DNA from: Eledone cirrhosa
Lineage: Eukaryota
DNA: 64,000 nucleotides
Direction: 5' to 3'
Assembly: GCA_964016885.1 (NCBI GenBank)
Contig: OZ024741.1
Coordinates: 101,680,001-101,744,000, forward strand
Of this stretch, positions 27,647-42,450 are shown piece by piece. Every line of letters begins with the position of its first letter. The stretch's first letter is position 1. A program made the position numbers and the translations under genes. A model generated the notes under the pieces. It did not search any database. It had not been told where the DNA came from and saw nothing but the letters and a program-made list of their open reading frames with translations.

Positions 27647-29842
27647 TCAGCATGTACCCATGGGAGGTCGGGTACCCTGTATTACTGCGTGACGCCAGAA
27701 GTCACGGTCGTGTGTCATTGACTTTGAGAGGTGTAGTTGGGTAAGGTCGGCTTTTATCACCTCATCCCAAGTCATCTTGGGTCTCCCCACTCCGCGGTTT
27801 CCATCAACTTCTAGTGCTCTGCACCTTTTTATGCAGCTGTCATCCTTCATACGCATCACATGTCCATACCAGCGTAACCGCCTCTCCTGCACACAGCATT
27901 TGATTCCTCTTATGCTCAGTCTCTCTCTCAATTCCTTTATGCTTTGTTGTTCACGTATATTACTGTTACACATCCATCGGAGCATGCAGGCTTCGTTTCT
28001 CTCTAATCTACGTAAGTCTTCCACCTTCAGCGCCCAGGTCTCACTACCATGCAACATCGCTGTTCGGATACACGCATCATACAGTCTGCCTTTCATTCTG
28101 AGGGAGAAGCCTTTTGCAGCTAGCAGTGGTAGTAGTTCCCTAAACTTCTTCCATCCCGTTCTTACCCTAGTTATTGTACTTTCTGAGCACCCACCTCCGT
28201 TGCTAATTTGGTCACCTAGGTAGCAGAAGCTGTCTACTGTTTCTACAGGGCCCTCCCAGAGATTGGTGGTACTTGTTTCCTGTGGCTGTTTGATTGCTGT
28301 TTCAGCACAGCTGCTGCATGTGAATCCTACATTCTTAATTAAGCTTCCTGAGATCCCGCTACATCTCTTGTGTACCCATTGTTTGCATTTGGGGCAGAGA
28401 ATGGAGTTCCTACCTACACCTTTCCTACATACTGAGCAAGGCCATTTCCCTGAGCGGATCTGGGTTCTGTTTTCTCATCTACTTACAAGGACCTTAGTCT
28501 TTGTCATGTTGACTTTGAGGCCCTTTCTCTCTAGTCCCTGCTTCCAGGTTTGGAATTTATTCTCTAGTTCTACCATAGATTCAGCTATGAGTGCGAGGTC
28601 ATCAGCATACAGGAGTTCCCATGGGCATCCGGTCTTAAACTCCTCCGTTATTGCCTGCAGGACTATGATGAACAGGAGAGGGCTAAGAACAGAGCCCTGG
28701 TGGACCCCAACCTGTACGCTAAATTCCTCGCTATACTCATTGCTAATCCTAACTTTGCTGACTGCTCCCCTATACATGGCTTGTACCGCTTTCACAAGCC
28801 ATTCATCTACTCCTAGTTTTCTAAGAGCCCACCAGATTACAGCACGTGGAACTCTGTCAAAGGCTTTCTCAAGGTCGACAAATGCCAAGTAGAGTGGCTT
28901 ACTTTTAGCTAGGTACTTTTCCTGTAATTGCCTCACAAGGAAGAGGGCATCAGTGGTGCCTTTCCCTGGTACAAACCCAAATTGCATCTCGTCTATATTC
29001 ACCCGGTCCCTAATCAGCTGTGCTATAACTCTTTCTGTTACTTTCATGACCTGGTCCATCAACTTTATACCTCTATAGTTTCCTCTATCTAGTGCATCGC
29101 CTTTACCTTTGTAGCAGTTGACAATGATGCTACTGCACCAATCTTTTGGTATGGCCCCTTCTAGTATTACCTGGTTAACGATACGTGTGGTTATAGTGTG
29201 ACCTACAGACCCAGATGCCTTCAGCATCTCGGCAGCTATACCCGATGGACCGGTTGCCTTCCCTATCTTCATATCTCTGATTGCCTTACTTACTACGCTG
29301 CCGCTGACTTGTACTGCTGGTCCCTCTATAGGGTCTACGTGGGGTAGGGTCTCTTCTCCCCATGCATTCTCCTCATTTAGTAATCTATCATAATGACTCT
29401 TCCATGCATCTTTCTTCTCAGCACTTGTGAGGGCAAGCTCACCTTTATCATTCCGGATACACTTCTCTCCAATGACATCACAACTATCTCTGACACACTG
29501 CCTCGCAATCTTGAATACCTCCTGTTTCTGGTCCTCACGTTGTAAAACATGCTTGAATTTTCTATCCTCTGCTTCCCTCCTAGCTAAGTATACTTGTCGC
29601 CTAGCTTCCCTCTTGGTCTCTATGTAATGTACCCTGCTCCCCCCGTTCTTCCATTTTTTCCATGCCTGTCTCTTGGCCTTGACTGCTTCATCTACCTTAT
29701 TGTTCCACCACCAAGTCACTCTCCTCCTGCTTGAGGTCTTACTCCAGCCACAAACCTCATCCGTCGCCTCTAGTAAGTTATTTTTTAGGAACTCCCAGTT
29801 CTCTTCTACGTTAAATGTCTCTATCTGTTCTTCTTTACTGTC
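27647..29842 (-). mobile_element. RTE-clade LINE, 5'-truncated, RT largely intact
   Basis: TWWWN, GKATGPSGI, NYRGIKL, QFGFVPGKGTTDA, FVDLEKAFD, YADD motifs; one stop codon at 28475. Confidence 0.93.
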
Positions 29843-29893
29843 GTATGTATGTATGTATGTATGTATGTATGTATTATGTGTGTGTGTGTGTTT

Positions 29894-32800
29894 CGGGTCA
29901 CTCTTGAGTGCTACTGGTAACATGTAACCCAGTACAAACTGCCGCATGGTAGGGTCGTCGGCGACTAAACCAGTAACCCCACTAAGTTTACTTGGCGAGG
30001 AGGGTGATTTTGGACAGCCAGCAGAACAAAAAACAAAACCTGACAAAGGGCGGAAGAACTCATAAGAGTCAACGGCCATCCAAAAATGTGTAAATATGTA
30101 TATACTGTATGGGTGTGGGTATGTATAGGATTGATTGCGTACATGTGTACATGTATATATATTTGATAAAAAATTAATAAAAAAAAACAACAACCTTTTA
30201 ACTCTTTTAAAACTCTTAAAACTTTAAACCTTTTCTTTTCAAATTCAAAAAATGTTTAACAAACCCTTTTAAAACTTAAAAACCCTTTTATAATTTTTTA
30301 ATGAAAGAGTCAGTGAATCATTGTAACTCATTTGTGGTGGCTTGCAGATGGGTAAAAAGAAAATCCACTGGGAGTGAAGGACCCCGAGCTGTTGTTACAG
30401 TATCTTTCTAAAAGAGGGAAACTTTGAAATAAAACCTACGGTTTATGTGATTACTGGTCATCTGGCTTAGGCTTGTCACCAGACAATGTTCACTGAAACT
30501 TAGAGAGTGGTGCTCGTGTAGTACAAGCGTTTGTCACTATAATCCAATGATGTACAGATGTCTCTTTTCTTATCTGTCATTTTTACAGCTGAAAGTCCTA
30601 TGGCGATGGAGGAGTAGCGACGTGTGCAGACCTGACCAGTTGGAAGCATATAGTTGCAAATCTACGCATAGGCGGCAGGGTCTTATCATAACATCGTTGT
30701 TATGTCTTCCTATTACTGGGGCTAACTCCGGTGGAGACGCCTGTGTCTGAGCAGCCCTATCAGGGAGAGCACTGCTCACCCAAATCTTGGGAAGGTGCTA
30801 GAAAAGGTGCTTTGAAAATTGTCTGTCACATCAACGTTGGGTAGTTTAGTGCGGCTATCCGCGGTTCATTCAAGCAGGAAAAGAAAAATTGAATTACAAA
30901 GTAAAACATTTATGAAGAATCGAATTAAACTAAATATTTGCTGCTGGAATGTCAGAACCCTTCTGGACCATAACTCATCAAACCGACCAGAAAGAAGAAC
31001 CGCACTGGTACCAAAGGAACTTCAAAGATTAAATATAGATATGCAGCCTTGTCAGAAACACGTGTATCATGGTGTGATCACTGACTGAAGCATCATCAGG
31101 TTTCACACTTTTCTGGACAGGGAAACCAAAAGGAAAACGGCGAGATGGTGGTGTAGGTTTTGCAGTGCGAGAAACTCTAGCACAACATTTAGAGTGCCGC
31201 TCTAGAATCAGTGACCGTATAATAAAGTTGCGCATTCCACTTGCATATGGGCGATGTGCAACCATTCTGTCAGTTTATGCTCCAACTCTCCAGGCCAGTG
31301 AAGAAAGTATTATGACATTCTATGAATCCCTTCGTGCTACAACTGCATCTACTCCAGTCGAAGAAAAGATGGTCATTCTTAGTGATTGCAATGCCCAAGT
31401 TGGCAGAGACCATGAGACATAGGATGCACTAGGCCATTACAGCATCTGTAAAATGAATGCCAATAGTTTGAAGCCGCTTGAGCTCTGTTCGGAACTCAAC
31501 CTAGCAATTTGCAATACATTCTTCCGCCAAAAGAAGAAGCATAAAGTTACCTGGATAAACCCAAGGTCAAAAGATGGCCACATGATAGAATAAGATGGTT
31601 CGGGGGAAGTTTAAGTTACATATTCGGAAAACATCCCGTATGTGTCGTATCAAAACTCTGAAGCGTATTGATGTTGGTAAGTTAAAACAGAAAGAGGAAC
31701 GTGAGGCTTTGAATAAACGTTTAAATAATATTGACTTTGATGGAACATGGATAAACTTCAGGGATCAATTGTATACAGTAGGAGCAGAAGAACTTTGATT
31801 CAGGGCGAACAAACAACATAAAGACTGGTTTGATGATAATAATCTGGTTATCAGCCAACTATTAAAGAAAAAACATGCTCTTCATGAAAAGCTTCTGGGG
31901 GAGTGCCCTACGAATTTAACTGCTATTAAAAGACATATAAAGAATATAAAGCCACCTTACAACACGAGCTGAAGATCTCTGAAGATATTCAAAGTGCTTA
32001 TAATGAAAAGGATTCAAAACTGTTTTATAGTCTTTTGCGTGCAGTATATGGTCCAACAACTTCGTCTATTGTTCCCATAAGGTCCAAAGACGACACTGCC
32101 ATCACCAAGGAATCAAAGAAAATCCTTAAGCGTTGGCAAGAACATTTTACTAATTTATTTGATAATCCATCACCAGTTGATCATGATGTGCTAGATGGCA
32201 TCCCCCAATGTGTTGTAAATTTTAAAATGGATCGATTACTGGATTATAATGAGGTTAAAATAGCCACCAACCAGTTAAACACGGGTAAGGCACCTGGATC
32301 AGATGGAATCCCTGTGGAATTGTTAAAGGTAGGTAATAAGAACATAACACAAACAATACCCAATCTTACCCCAGAGTGCTGGGCTGGAGCTCCTATACTA
32401 CAAGATTGGATAGATAGTATCTTGGTGACCTTGTTCAAAGGTAAAGGGGATAAAGGAATCTGCAATCACTGCCTTGGCATCACTCTGTTGGAGTCTGTGG
32501 GCAAAGTTCTTGCTAGATTATTGTTGAACAGGTTGATGGAGGTAATCCCTGAATCACAAAGTGGCTTTAGATCTGGCAGAGGGACGATTGATATGATTTC
32601 TGCAAGGCAGATTCAGGAGAAATGTATTGAGCAGCGGGTTCCTCTGTATCAGGTTTTTGTTGATCTGACAAAGGCCTTTGATGTGGTGAACAGAAGTGCA
32701 CTGTGGAAAATATTAGGGAAAATAGGGTGCCCACCAAAGTTTATTGATATGTTCGTCCGACTGCACAGAAATATAAAAGCTCGGGTTGTCTTGAATGGAG

Positions 32801-34238
32801 AATTGTCCGATGAAATCCCAGTTGATAATGGTGTGAAGCAGGGAGATATCCCGGCTCCCACACTATATTCAATATTTTTTGCTGTGATGCTGACTCATGC
32901 ATTTCAGGACTGTGCAAAGTTAGAACTACAGGAAGGATATTTGACCTAAGACGGTTAAATTTCAAATCCAAGGTGTTCCAAATATTAATTAGAGAACTCC
33001 TGTATGCTGACGATGTTGACTTTCTGGCTCACTCTCAAGATGACATGCAACACATCATGGATTGTTTTGCAGCTTCATGTAATGCCTTTGACATGGCAAT
33101 TAATCTAAAAAAGACCAAGGTAATGTTCACCCATCACCAGGGGAAGTATATATTGAGCCAAATATAATGGTGCATGGAACTAGGTTGGGTGTAGTTGACA
33201 CTTTTGTTTACCTGGCTAGTTTATTATCAAGGGATGGTTCACTGGATGCAGAAATACACCAACGCATTCAGAATGGCTCTGTAGCCTTCAGAAAACTTGA
33301 AAAGAGAGTGTGGGCGGATCATGGCATCAATATCAAGACAAAAATTAGTGTGTACAAGGCCTGCATTCTGAGTACTCTGTTGTACTCTTCGGAAACGTGG
33401 ACAGTACATCGTAGACACATTAATTTGCTTGAACACTTTAATCAAAAGTGTTTAAGATGAATCCGAAACATCAAATGGCAACAAAAAATACCCGACAGAC
33501 AAATCCTTATAGATGCTGGTTGCACGAACATTGGCTCTACCATCATATCCTCTCAAATGCGTTGGTTAGGCCATGTTGTTCGCATGAAGAATGAGGAAAG
33601 ACTCACAAAACAACTATTTTACAGTGGGAACTGCCTCAGCACAACCAAGAAAAAGATATAAGGATTGCATAAAAAACAACCTTGAAGATCTACAGTTTGA
33701 AATTCAGAAACTGGGAAGTGCTTGCTTTAAATAGGGTTGAATGGAGAGGACATGTGAAGGAAGACTGCAGAATGTTTGAAGAGAGACGTCTTGATCATGA
33801 AAAACTTAAACGTCGGCTTTGAAAAGGCCTCAGTATGAACCTCAATAAGAACATAGGGAGCTGGAGTTGTAAGGCGTGTGGTCGTTTACTGCTCTCTACA
33901 TCACTCATTTAAAATCACATAAAAAACCAACTGTATGCATCTCTATCCCTCCAATGCTAGCTGAGACAACATGCGCGGTGTGTAAAAAGATCTGTAAATC
34001 AATCTCTGGTCTTAAAAGGCATATGAGGGTACATAAGTATGACATCCCACAAGCTGACCCAATAAATTCAATATAGGGTATATCTTTTGTCTGTCACATT
34101 TGCTGCAGATCGTGCAAATCTAATGCTGGGCTTCAAAGCCACCTAAGGGGCCATGGACGAACGTTTGGTGATGGTTGATGGGGGTGCATAGGGAGACGGC
34201 AATCATCTGCAAAGATGAAGCAATCACTATGTATGTTT
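29894..34238 (+). mobile_element. Near full-length degenerate RTE (BovB-like) LINE: 5' UTR, APE, RT, C-terminal C2H2 zinc fingers, (TATG) tail
   Basis: WNVRTLLD..RPERRTALV (APE), VYAPT, PESQSGFRSGRGT, FVDLTKAFD, GVKQG, LLYADD, CAVCKKICKSISGLKRHMRVH; many stops and frameshifts; 5' boundary approximate. Confidence 0.88.
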
Positions 34239-34239
34239 C

Positions 34240-36115
34240 TCTTTCTCTTAATTTTGAGTACACTTTTGACTGGCCAACTTTCTGGTGGCAAGGTTGTAAA
34301 AGAAAAGAAATTGTCATCCCTTGAATCGCAAGAATATTTTGCAAATTGTGAAGGTGCCAGTTATCGCGGCCATTTGTAGTCTATGAATTAGGGAGTTGCG
34401 CTCTTTGCCCACAAATCCAAGTTCAGTCATACTTTGGTCCATAGGGTTGGTATATAACCTGCAGCTCCAATAATAATGGGTTTAAAGCTAAAGGTGTATC
34501 TTAGATACTGGATCTGCAAACTCCTCATCAATGATCCGTAGATGTCCTCTTTCTTCTGTTTTTTCTTACAACGTTGACATCAAGTGAGAATCTGATCTCT
34601 ACAACAGAGCACGTTTTCAATGTGTGGTTCCAAACAACAATATCAGGCCAGTTGTGCTTTAATTTGGTCGCAGTTTTTATTTTTAGGTTCCACCAGTATT
34701 CCTTAGTGCCATCTATCTCAACATATTCCTCCTCATTTGTTTTTAATTTTGTTTTCCTAAGTGCGTTCCAGATGGTTCTAGTTATCACCCGTGTCTCATG
34801 GGGAGGTAGTAGCGAGATGACATTCTTTCACAGTTGGCAACAATGTGGCAACATCTTCGATTTTTGTTTTAAATAGCCTACATTTATTGTCGACTGATGC
34901 CCCCCCCCCCCCTCTTTTGTGTAGCAGATATCTGGTTGGGATTTATTGTTCCTTAATTGCATAGAGATATCCTTCAAGGTGGGATGTCATAAACTTGTCG
35001 GAACTCTATGCCAGGCCTTTTGAATGATTTATCCCCTCTATGGTCTGTGTTTTTCAACTCAAGTACCCATGCACAGCTTTCTCTGTAAATTAGTCCATTT
35101 TTTATCTTGTTCAAGCATTCAATAGAATCTTCCAATGTCCCTGGGAGAGAGATTTATATCAGGCCATATTTCATATTTCCCTTCCATATCCGTGGCTATC
35201 CTAATGATATTTCTTTCATAAATAGGGTGGTGGATTAGCAGTATCGGTAGAGGGTCTGACGCCATGCCTTGCAGCAAAGAGTTATGGCCCTTTATGGTCT
35301 GAGTTCAAATCTCGCCGAAGTTAACTTTGCCTTTCATCCTTACGGGGGCGATAAAATAAAGCACCAGTAATTCACTGGGATAATTGCTGGCCCAGCCAAA
35401 AGTAGAAACAATTATTTCTTTCATGCTCATAAACCTGGGCAAGATGGTTGCTGACATTTTTCTTCTGTTGAAGATGTTGCTTCAGTGTTACTATCCAGGT
35501 CTCGTATGATATTAATATGGATTTTAAAATCCGGCCACCTTCCTTGCGTGAAACGTATAGCCTATTCACATAACCATTGATGTTAAAGTTTCCAGTAATA
35601 CTGAAAAGCTTGCAGGTTCATACATCCATCTCACTTAGTTCTTGCAATGACCAGTTCAGCAGGCCAAATGTTGGTGTTAGGATTGGTTCAGCATAAATAT
35701 TGCTGGCAATGTATTTGTTGTATACTGAGAGTTCTGATGACCATATTTTCTTTACTCTCCTGAGATATTTAGTTCTGGTTCTCTCCTTATTTATGGGTCC
35801 ATCATATCTGACATTCTCATCTTGTCCAAGATACCTGTAGTTGTCACCTGACTGTAGAGGCAGTATTGTCAAGCTGTTCATCTCTAGATGTCCAGAGGAG
35901 GGCACAACTCTTCCACGTGTTACTGTCAAATATGCACATTTGGACTCATCAAATTTCATTCTAGTGTCTGCAGAAAATTGTGTAATGAGGTCCAATTGTT
36001 TTTTGATATAGTTGGTATATAGTGGGACTTTGGCTATAATTCACCCATGAGGTACACTATCAAAAGCCTTCTGGTAGTACAGCCACACCACAGTCATGTT
36101 GCTTCGATTCTTTGC
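34240..36115 (-). mobile_element. R4/Dong-like LINE, decayed (second subfamily), with SINE insertion
   Basis: YRYLGQDE, KIWSSELS, RLYVSRKEGGR, EYWWN...KHNWPDIVVW. Confidence 0.8.
35224..35416 (+). mobile_element. tRNA-derived SINE family 1
   Basis: Same head, core and tail as 49322-49516. Confidence 0.88.
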
Positions 36116-36197
36116 TGTTTTTTTCCTGTATCATTTTATTTGTTAGTAGGTGATCTATGCAGCCCCACACCTTCATTCCACCAGATTGTATGTATGT

Positions 36198-38174
36198 TCT
36201 TCTGGTTTTATAATTTCACAAAGTTTTATCAATAGAGAGAGAGTCGGTTTCTAACATAGACACAAGACTCTCAAATTGGAATTTACACAAAATCAACTAG
36301 GTAGATATGTATGTATGTCTGCATGTCTGCATGTGTAGATATGGATGTTATTGTATGTGTGGATGTGTATGTTTTGAGTTGTATGTGTATATGCTTTGTA
36401 TCTGTACGTGTGTATATGCAGTGATTAGATGCAAAATGTTTGGAATGTTTTACATATTTTTACTGTTCCATTAATGGATTGTACTTGTCATTTCCTAAGT
36501 AGTTGTGTTCTTTCTGTTCCTGTGAAGCCTAGCTTCTCAAGATTTGTATTGAGGCAGTTACTAACATATCCCAGTGCCCCAATAATCACAGGCATATATC
36601 TGAAGGTGTAATCAGGGTGGAGTATCTGCATATTTCTCATCAGTTCTGCGTAAATATTCTCCTTTTCACTAATCTTTGATATTATATTGGCATCTGCTGG
36701 GCAGCTAATTTCCACTACTGTGCATGTTTTCTTCTCCCTGTCTCATATCATAATATCTGGTCTGTTATGCCTGCATTTTGGGGGGGGTTTTACCGGAACA
36801 TTCCACCAGTACTCTTTCATATTATGTACATGGATGTCTTCCACATTGCTGTAGCTTTTAATGTGTTTATTATCGGGGTTATCTTTTTTACGAACTGCAT
36901 TGTACAGTATTTTGGCCACTACATCATGCCTCATTTTAGTTATATATGATGGTTTTTTGGTGGTGTTTTGTTCTTGTTAATATCTCTGCTATCACCAAGA
37001 TAATGCTTCACTGTCATTGCTAAGGCATATAAACAGGCGTTGATTTGCCAAAATGTTGGAGTTTTATCCGTCGTAAATATTCATCCCCTATTTCGTCAAT
37101 AATACGTAGTATTTCATTATTTGGTATCGGTAGAGGGTCGGACGCCATGCTTTCCAGCATAGTTACGTCCCTTTACGATCTGAGTTCAAATCCCGCCGAG
37201 GTTGACTTTGCCTTTCATCCTTACGAGGGCGATAAAATAAAGTACCAGTAATGCACTGGTTATTTGCTGGCCTTGTGCCTAAAGTAGAAACAATTATTTG
37301 TTTTTTTATTAAACATTGTCGTTTTAACACGTTCAGCAAGAGAGATATTTATACATGAGTTAATTTCTCTCTGGAAGATTTCGTTGAGGGAAATTTTCAA
37401 TTGTTTATACTTTTGATTATCATTATCGATAGTATTTTCCACAACAGACGAGGTAGACTCGGATGGTACACGTGGTGTCACATTTATTCGATTATTATTA
37501 TTATCGATAGTGTTTTCCCCAGCATTCGAGGTAGACTTAGATGGTACAGGTGGTGTCAAGTTTCTTACAGGCATAGTTGTTTCAAGGCGCTGTTCGACCT
37601 GGCTGCTAGGAAGTCTAGTAGCATGGCGATCTGTAGCACGTGTTGTTGATAACATGTTTGTTGTTGGGGACTTAGAATTTATAATATTTATCTTATTTTT
37701 ACGTTCAACAAACGTCGCTTGTTGGCGTAATTGTTTCGCTGTGAAATAATTTAGCTCTGGGTGCATTTCGTCCCAGTGTAGCTTCATTCTATTCATATAG
37801 CCAATGGAGGGATTGTTTTTTGCCATTTTATAACAATTAAATAAATCATTATTGAGTTCGCAAATCCAAGAGAAATGCGATTTATAATTTCGGTTTCTTC
37901 TGTAGCTACAACTGAATGAAGTTTGATTACCTTCCTTGTTATTTGTCTTCGGTACTTCCTCAATTTTTTTTGTTGATGTTGTGTTCAGCCATGGTGTTTG
38001 TAGCAAACCTTGTAAAATGAATTATGTATTTAGTCCGATATCTCTACGAATTCGAATAAAAGGTGTCTTCAGAAGGGATAGTTAGAAGAATAACCAGTTA
38101 TTCAACCTGACTGTAGTTGTGGCATTACTGTCAGAGATAGTATTCATCTTAAATTTAATAAGTAGTCTCCCACG
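36198..38174 (-). mobile_element. Internally deleted copy of the adjacent R4/Dong-like element
   Basis: Matches ~38195-38940 joined to ~41205-42390; lacks the RT; carries a SINE at 37122-37297. Confidence 0.85.
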
Positions 38175-38194
38175 TATGTATGTATGTATGTATG

Positions 38195-41100
38195 TTCTTC
38201 AGGTTTTATAATTTCACAAAGTTTTACCAATAGAGAGAGAGAGTCGGTTTCTAACATAGATACAAGACTCTCTCATTGGAATTTACACAAAATCAACTAG
38301 GTAGATATGTTTGTATGTCTGCATGCATGCATGTGTAGATATGGATGTTATTGTATGTGTGGACGTGGATGTTTTGAGTTGTATGTGTGCAAATGTATAT
38401 GCTTTGTAGCTGTGCATGTGTATATGCAGTTATTAGATGCACATTTTTTGGAATGTTTTACATATTTTTACTGTTCCATTAATGGATTGTACTTGTAATT
38501 TCCTAACTAGTTGTGTTCTTACTGTTCCTGTGAAGCCTAGCTTCTCAAGATTTGTATTGAGGCAGTTACTAACATATCCCAGTGCCCCAATAATCACAGT
38601 CATAAATCTGAAGGTGTAATCAGGGTGGAGTATCTGCAGATTTCTCATCAGTTCTGCATAAATATTCTGCTTTTCACTAATCTTTGATATTATATTGGCA
38701 TCTGCTGGGCAGCTAATTTAAACTACTGTGCATATTTTCTTCTCCCTGTCCCATATCATAATATCTGGTCTGTTATGCCTGCACTTTATTGGGGTTTTTA
38801 CCGGAACATTCCACCAGTACTCTTTCATATTATGTACATGGATGTCTTCCACATTGCTGTAGCTTTTAATGTGTCTATTATCGGGGTTATCTTTTTTACG
38901 AACTGCATTGTACAGTGTTTTGGCCACTACATCATGCCTCATAGGTAGATAGTACCGCGATGACATCTTTGGACAGCTGCTGATGACATGGGTGATATCC
39001 TCGATGTTAGTTCTACAGAGTCTGTACTTGTTATCACATCTAGGTGTTTTGCCTGCATCCCTATCTCTTTTGTGAATCAGGTATTTCGTGCTAATCTCCT
39101 GTTCCTGGATTGCAAAAGCCTATCATTCAAAGTGGGAGCCAATATAGCGGTTGTTGGTCCAAGATAGACTACTTTCCTTATCTATATTACTCTCACTCTG
39201 GAGCTTCCTGGCAACATATCCATGCATGATTTTTTGCTGATAGGCATGCAGCTTTTCATCCATGGATTCAGTGCGATACTGCTGAGCGACATCCCTGGGT
39301 GTGAGTCTTTGATTTTCACACAGGGAATATCTCTCAAGGAGTTCCTTCCCAACTCTCATTATCTTATCTGTTTCATGCAGATAGACTTGCTCGAGAAACG
39401 GGCTCCTACGCTTCGAGGTTCGTAGATATTGTCGGAGAGATATGATGCGACATTCAAATGTTGTCTGGACTGATGTTAGGCCTCTGCCTCTCTGCTTACG
39501 TTTCAAGTAAAGGCGGTCTATGTCACTGTTGATGTGGAAGTTTCCGGTGTTGTTCAGTATTTTTCGAGTTCCAACATCAACTGCTCGGATTTCGTCTATC
39601 GTCCAATTGAGTATTCCAAACGTTGGTGTTAGGATAGGCACAGCAAACACATTGTGAGCCACTGTTTCGTTTTGCGCAGAGAGTTCCGATGACCAGATCT
39701 TTCTTAATCGGGTGTAGTATTCCCTGGTTACGCGTTCTTTATTACAGATACCATTATAGGATATGTTCTCATCTATCCCCAGGTATCTGTAGCAGTCCTC
39801 AACAGATATCGGTGAAACAGTTAGGCCATTGATGACAATGTTGCTAGATTGGGTTGTTGTTTTTCCCCGCTTTACAGTCATATATGAGCATTTATCTTGG
39901 CCAAACTCCATTCCTATATCCTTTGAGAACGTTGTAACCAGGTCAAGATTTTTCTTCATCCCATCCATGTTCTTGGTATAGAGTTTCAGATCGTCTACAA
40001 AGAAATTATGGGTTAGGTTCGTATTTCTGTCCTCCTGTGAGCCAATGATGTATCCCTCACATTTCTTGACCAGAAAGGACAAGGGGTTTAATGACAGGAT
40101 GAATAATATCACAGAGAGACTTTCCCCCTGAAATATACCCCTGCAATATTTTATTTTATCAGTGAAAATAGAGTCCTCCCTCTCTGTCTTTAACCTTAGA
40201 ATAGTAGCCCAAGAAGAAGACAGCCTCTCTATGGCTCTGACAATAATGTCTGGGACTTTAGCAAGTTGGAGGGCCTCTATCATCCAAGAGTGGGGAACAG
40301 AATCAAAAGCTTTCCTGTAGTCCAGCCAGACTGTAGTCATATTCCTCCTAAGTTGTCGCACCTCCGACATCGCAGTTTTGTTGATTAGGAGTTGTTCAGC
40401 ACATCCCCAAACCGCTTTCTTTCCAGCTGCTTGTTCATCTGTGATGATGTTATTATTTTCACAGTGATCTTGGAGGAATAGGTTCAGGCAGGCTATATAC
40501 ATCTTATACATCAGGTTCTGGCATGCAATGGGTCGGTAGTTTTTTGCCAAGTGGGTGTCTTTGTTCTCTGGGACCAGTAATGTTTGTGCTAATGTCAACC
40601 ATTCTGGTATAAGTGTATCTCCCTTAAGAACTTGTTGGTAGAGGTCAGTAAGATACCTCCGATAGAATATTAGTTTTTTGTACCAGTAGCCGACAATCAT
40701 GTCTATTCCTTGTGTTTTCTTATCTTGGAGTTTTCCTATCACAGCCTCAAGGGTACCCTCACTTATTTCGTATGTTTTTGTAGTAGTGTAGGAGCAATAG
40801 TTCTTTCGTATTTCTCTTAGCCACAGTGCATCTTGGTTGAAATTTTTCTTTTCACCCCATATTTTTCTCCAAAAGGAATCTATATCTTTCTGGGATGGGG
40901 CCTCAGTGACACTTGCTCTTCATATCTCTATAGACTGATGTTTGGTTTCGTCTGAATCTTTTATTAAGCACTTTTCTCTCATCTACCTTCTTCAGGTATC
41001 GGCGTTTTTCGCTAACAGCTCTCAATTCTTATTTGAGGGTGATCAGCTTATATTGGAGGGTTCTGTTTCTACTGTTACCAAACATCGTCTCTATTTTATT

Positions 41101-42425
41101 TTTCACTCTTTGTTGTGAGGAGTGAGGTTTTTTTGTGTTCTGTTTGCATATAAGGAGCATTGTCACATATCCTGTTTTTTCGTAGGACAGCAATCTCTTT
41201 TTCTATTTTAGTTATATATGATGGTATTTTTGGTGGTGTTTTGTTCTTGTTAATATCTCTGCTATCACCAAGATAATGCTTCACTAAGGCATATAAACAG
41301 GCGTTGATTTGCCAAAATGTTGGGGGTTTTTATCCGTCGTAAATATTCATCCCCTATTTCGTCAATAACACGTAGTATTTCATTATTTGGTTTTTTATTC
41401 ACCATTGTCATTTTAACACGTTCAGCAAGAGAGATATTTATACATGAGTTAATTTCTCTCTGGAAGATTTCGTTGGGGGAAATTTTCAATTGTTTATATT
41501 TTTGATTATCATTATCGATAGTATTTTCCACAACAGTAGAGGTAGACTCGGATGGTACACGTGGTGTCACATTTATTCGATTATTATTATCGAGGTTAAC
41601 TTTGCCTTTCATCCTTACGGGGTCGATAAAATAAAGTACCAGTAATGTACTGGTTAATTGCTGGCCTTGTGCCTAAAGTAGAAACAATTATTATTATTTC
41701 TTCGATTATTATTATTCTCGATAGTGTTTTCCCCAGCATTCGAGGTAGACTTAGATGGTACAGGTGGTGTCAAGTTTCTTACAGGCATAGTTGTTTCAAG
41801 GCGCTGTTCGACCTGGCTGCTAGGAAGTCTAGTAGCATGGCGACCTGTAGCACGTGTTGTTGATAACATGTTTGTTGTGGGGGACTTAGAATTAATAATA
41901 TTTATCTTATTTTTACGTTCAACAAACGTCGCTTGTTGGCGTAATTATTTCGCTGTGAAATAATTTAGCTCTGGGTGCATTTCGTCCCAGTGTAGCTTCA
42001 TTCTATTCATATAGCCAATGGAGGGATTGTTTTTGATCATTTTATAACAATTAAATAAATCATTATTAAGTTCGCAACTCCAAGAGAAATGCGATTTATA
42101 ATTTCGGTTTCTTCTGTAGCTACAACTGAATAAAGTTTGATTACCTTCCTTGTTATTTGTCTTCGGTACTTCCTTAATTTTTTTGTTGATGTTGTGTTCA
42201 GCCATGCTGTTTTTTTTAGCAAATCCTTGTAAAATGAATTATGTATTTAGTCGGATATCTCTACAAATTCGAATAAAAGGTGTCTTCAGAAGGGATAGTT
42301 AGAAGAATAACCAGTTATTCAACCTGACTGTAGTTGTGGCATTACTGTCGGAGATAGTATTCATCTTAAATTTAATAAATAGTCTCCCACGCCAAAATAT
42401 GCGACTGGTCGCGTTGATTGTCTTT
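38195..42425 (-). mobile_element. Near full-length R4/Dong-like LINE flanked by (TATG)n
   Basis: 539-aa RT ORF 39123-40742 (NYRPIAC, WLDYRKAFDS, GIFQGESLS, FFVDDLK), downstream CRLC..H.ISSC knuckle, RHD and RPDI endonuclease; several stops; partial SINE at 41591-41697. Confidence 0.9.
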
Positions 42426-42450
42426 GTATGTATGTATGTATATATGTTTT

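Noticed and set aside
28475-30193. 572-aa ORF as a single novel fusion protein
   Set aside because: The N-terminal ~115 aa read through a microsatellite and the antisense head of another element; only the RTE RT portion is meaningful
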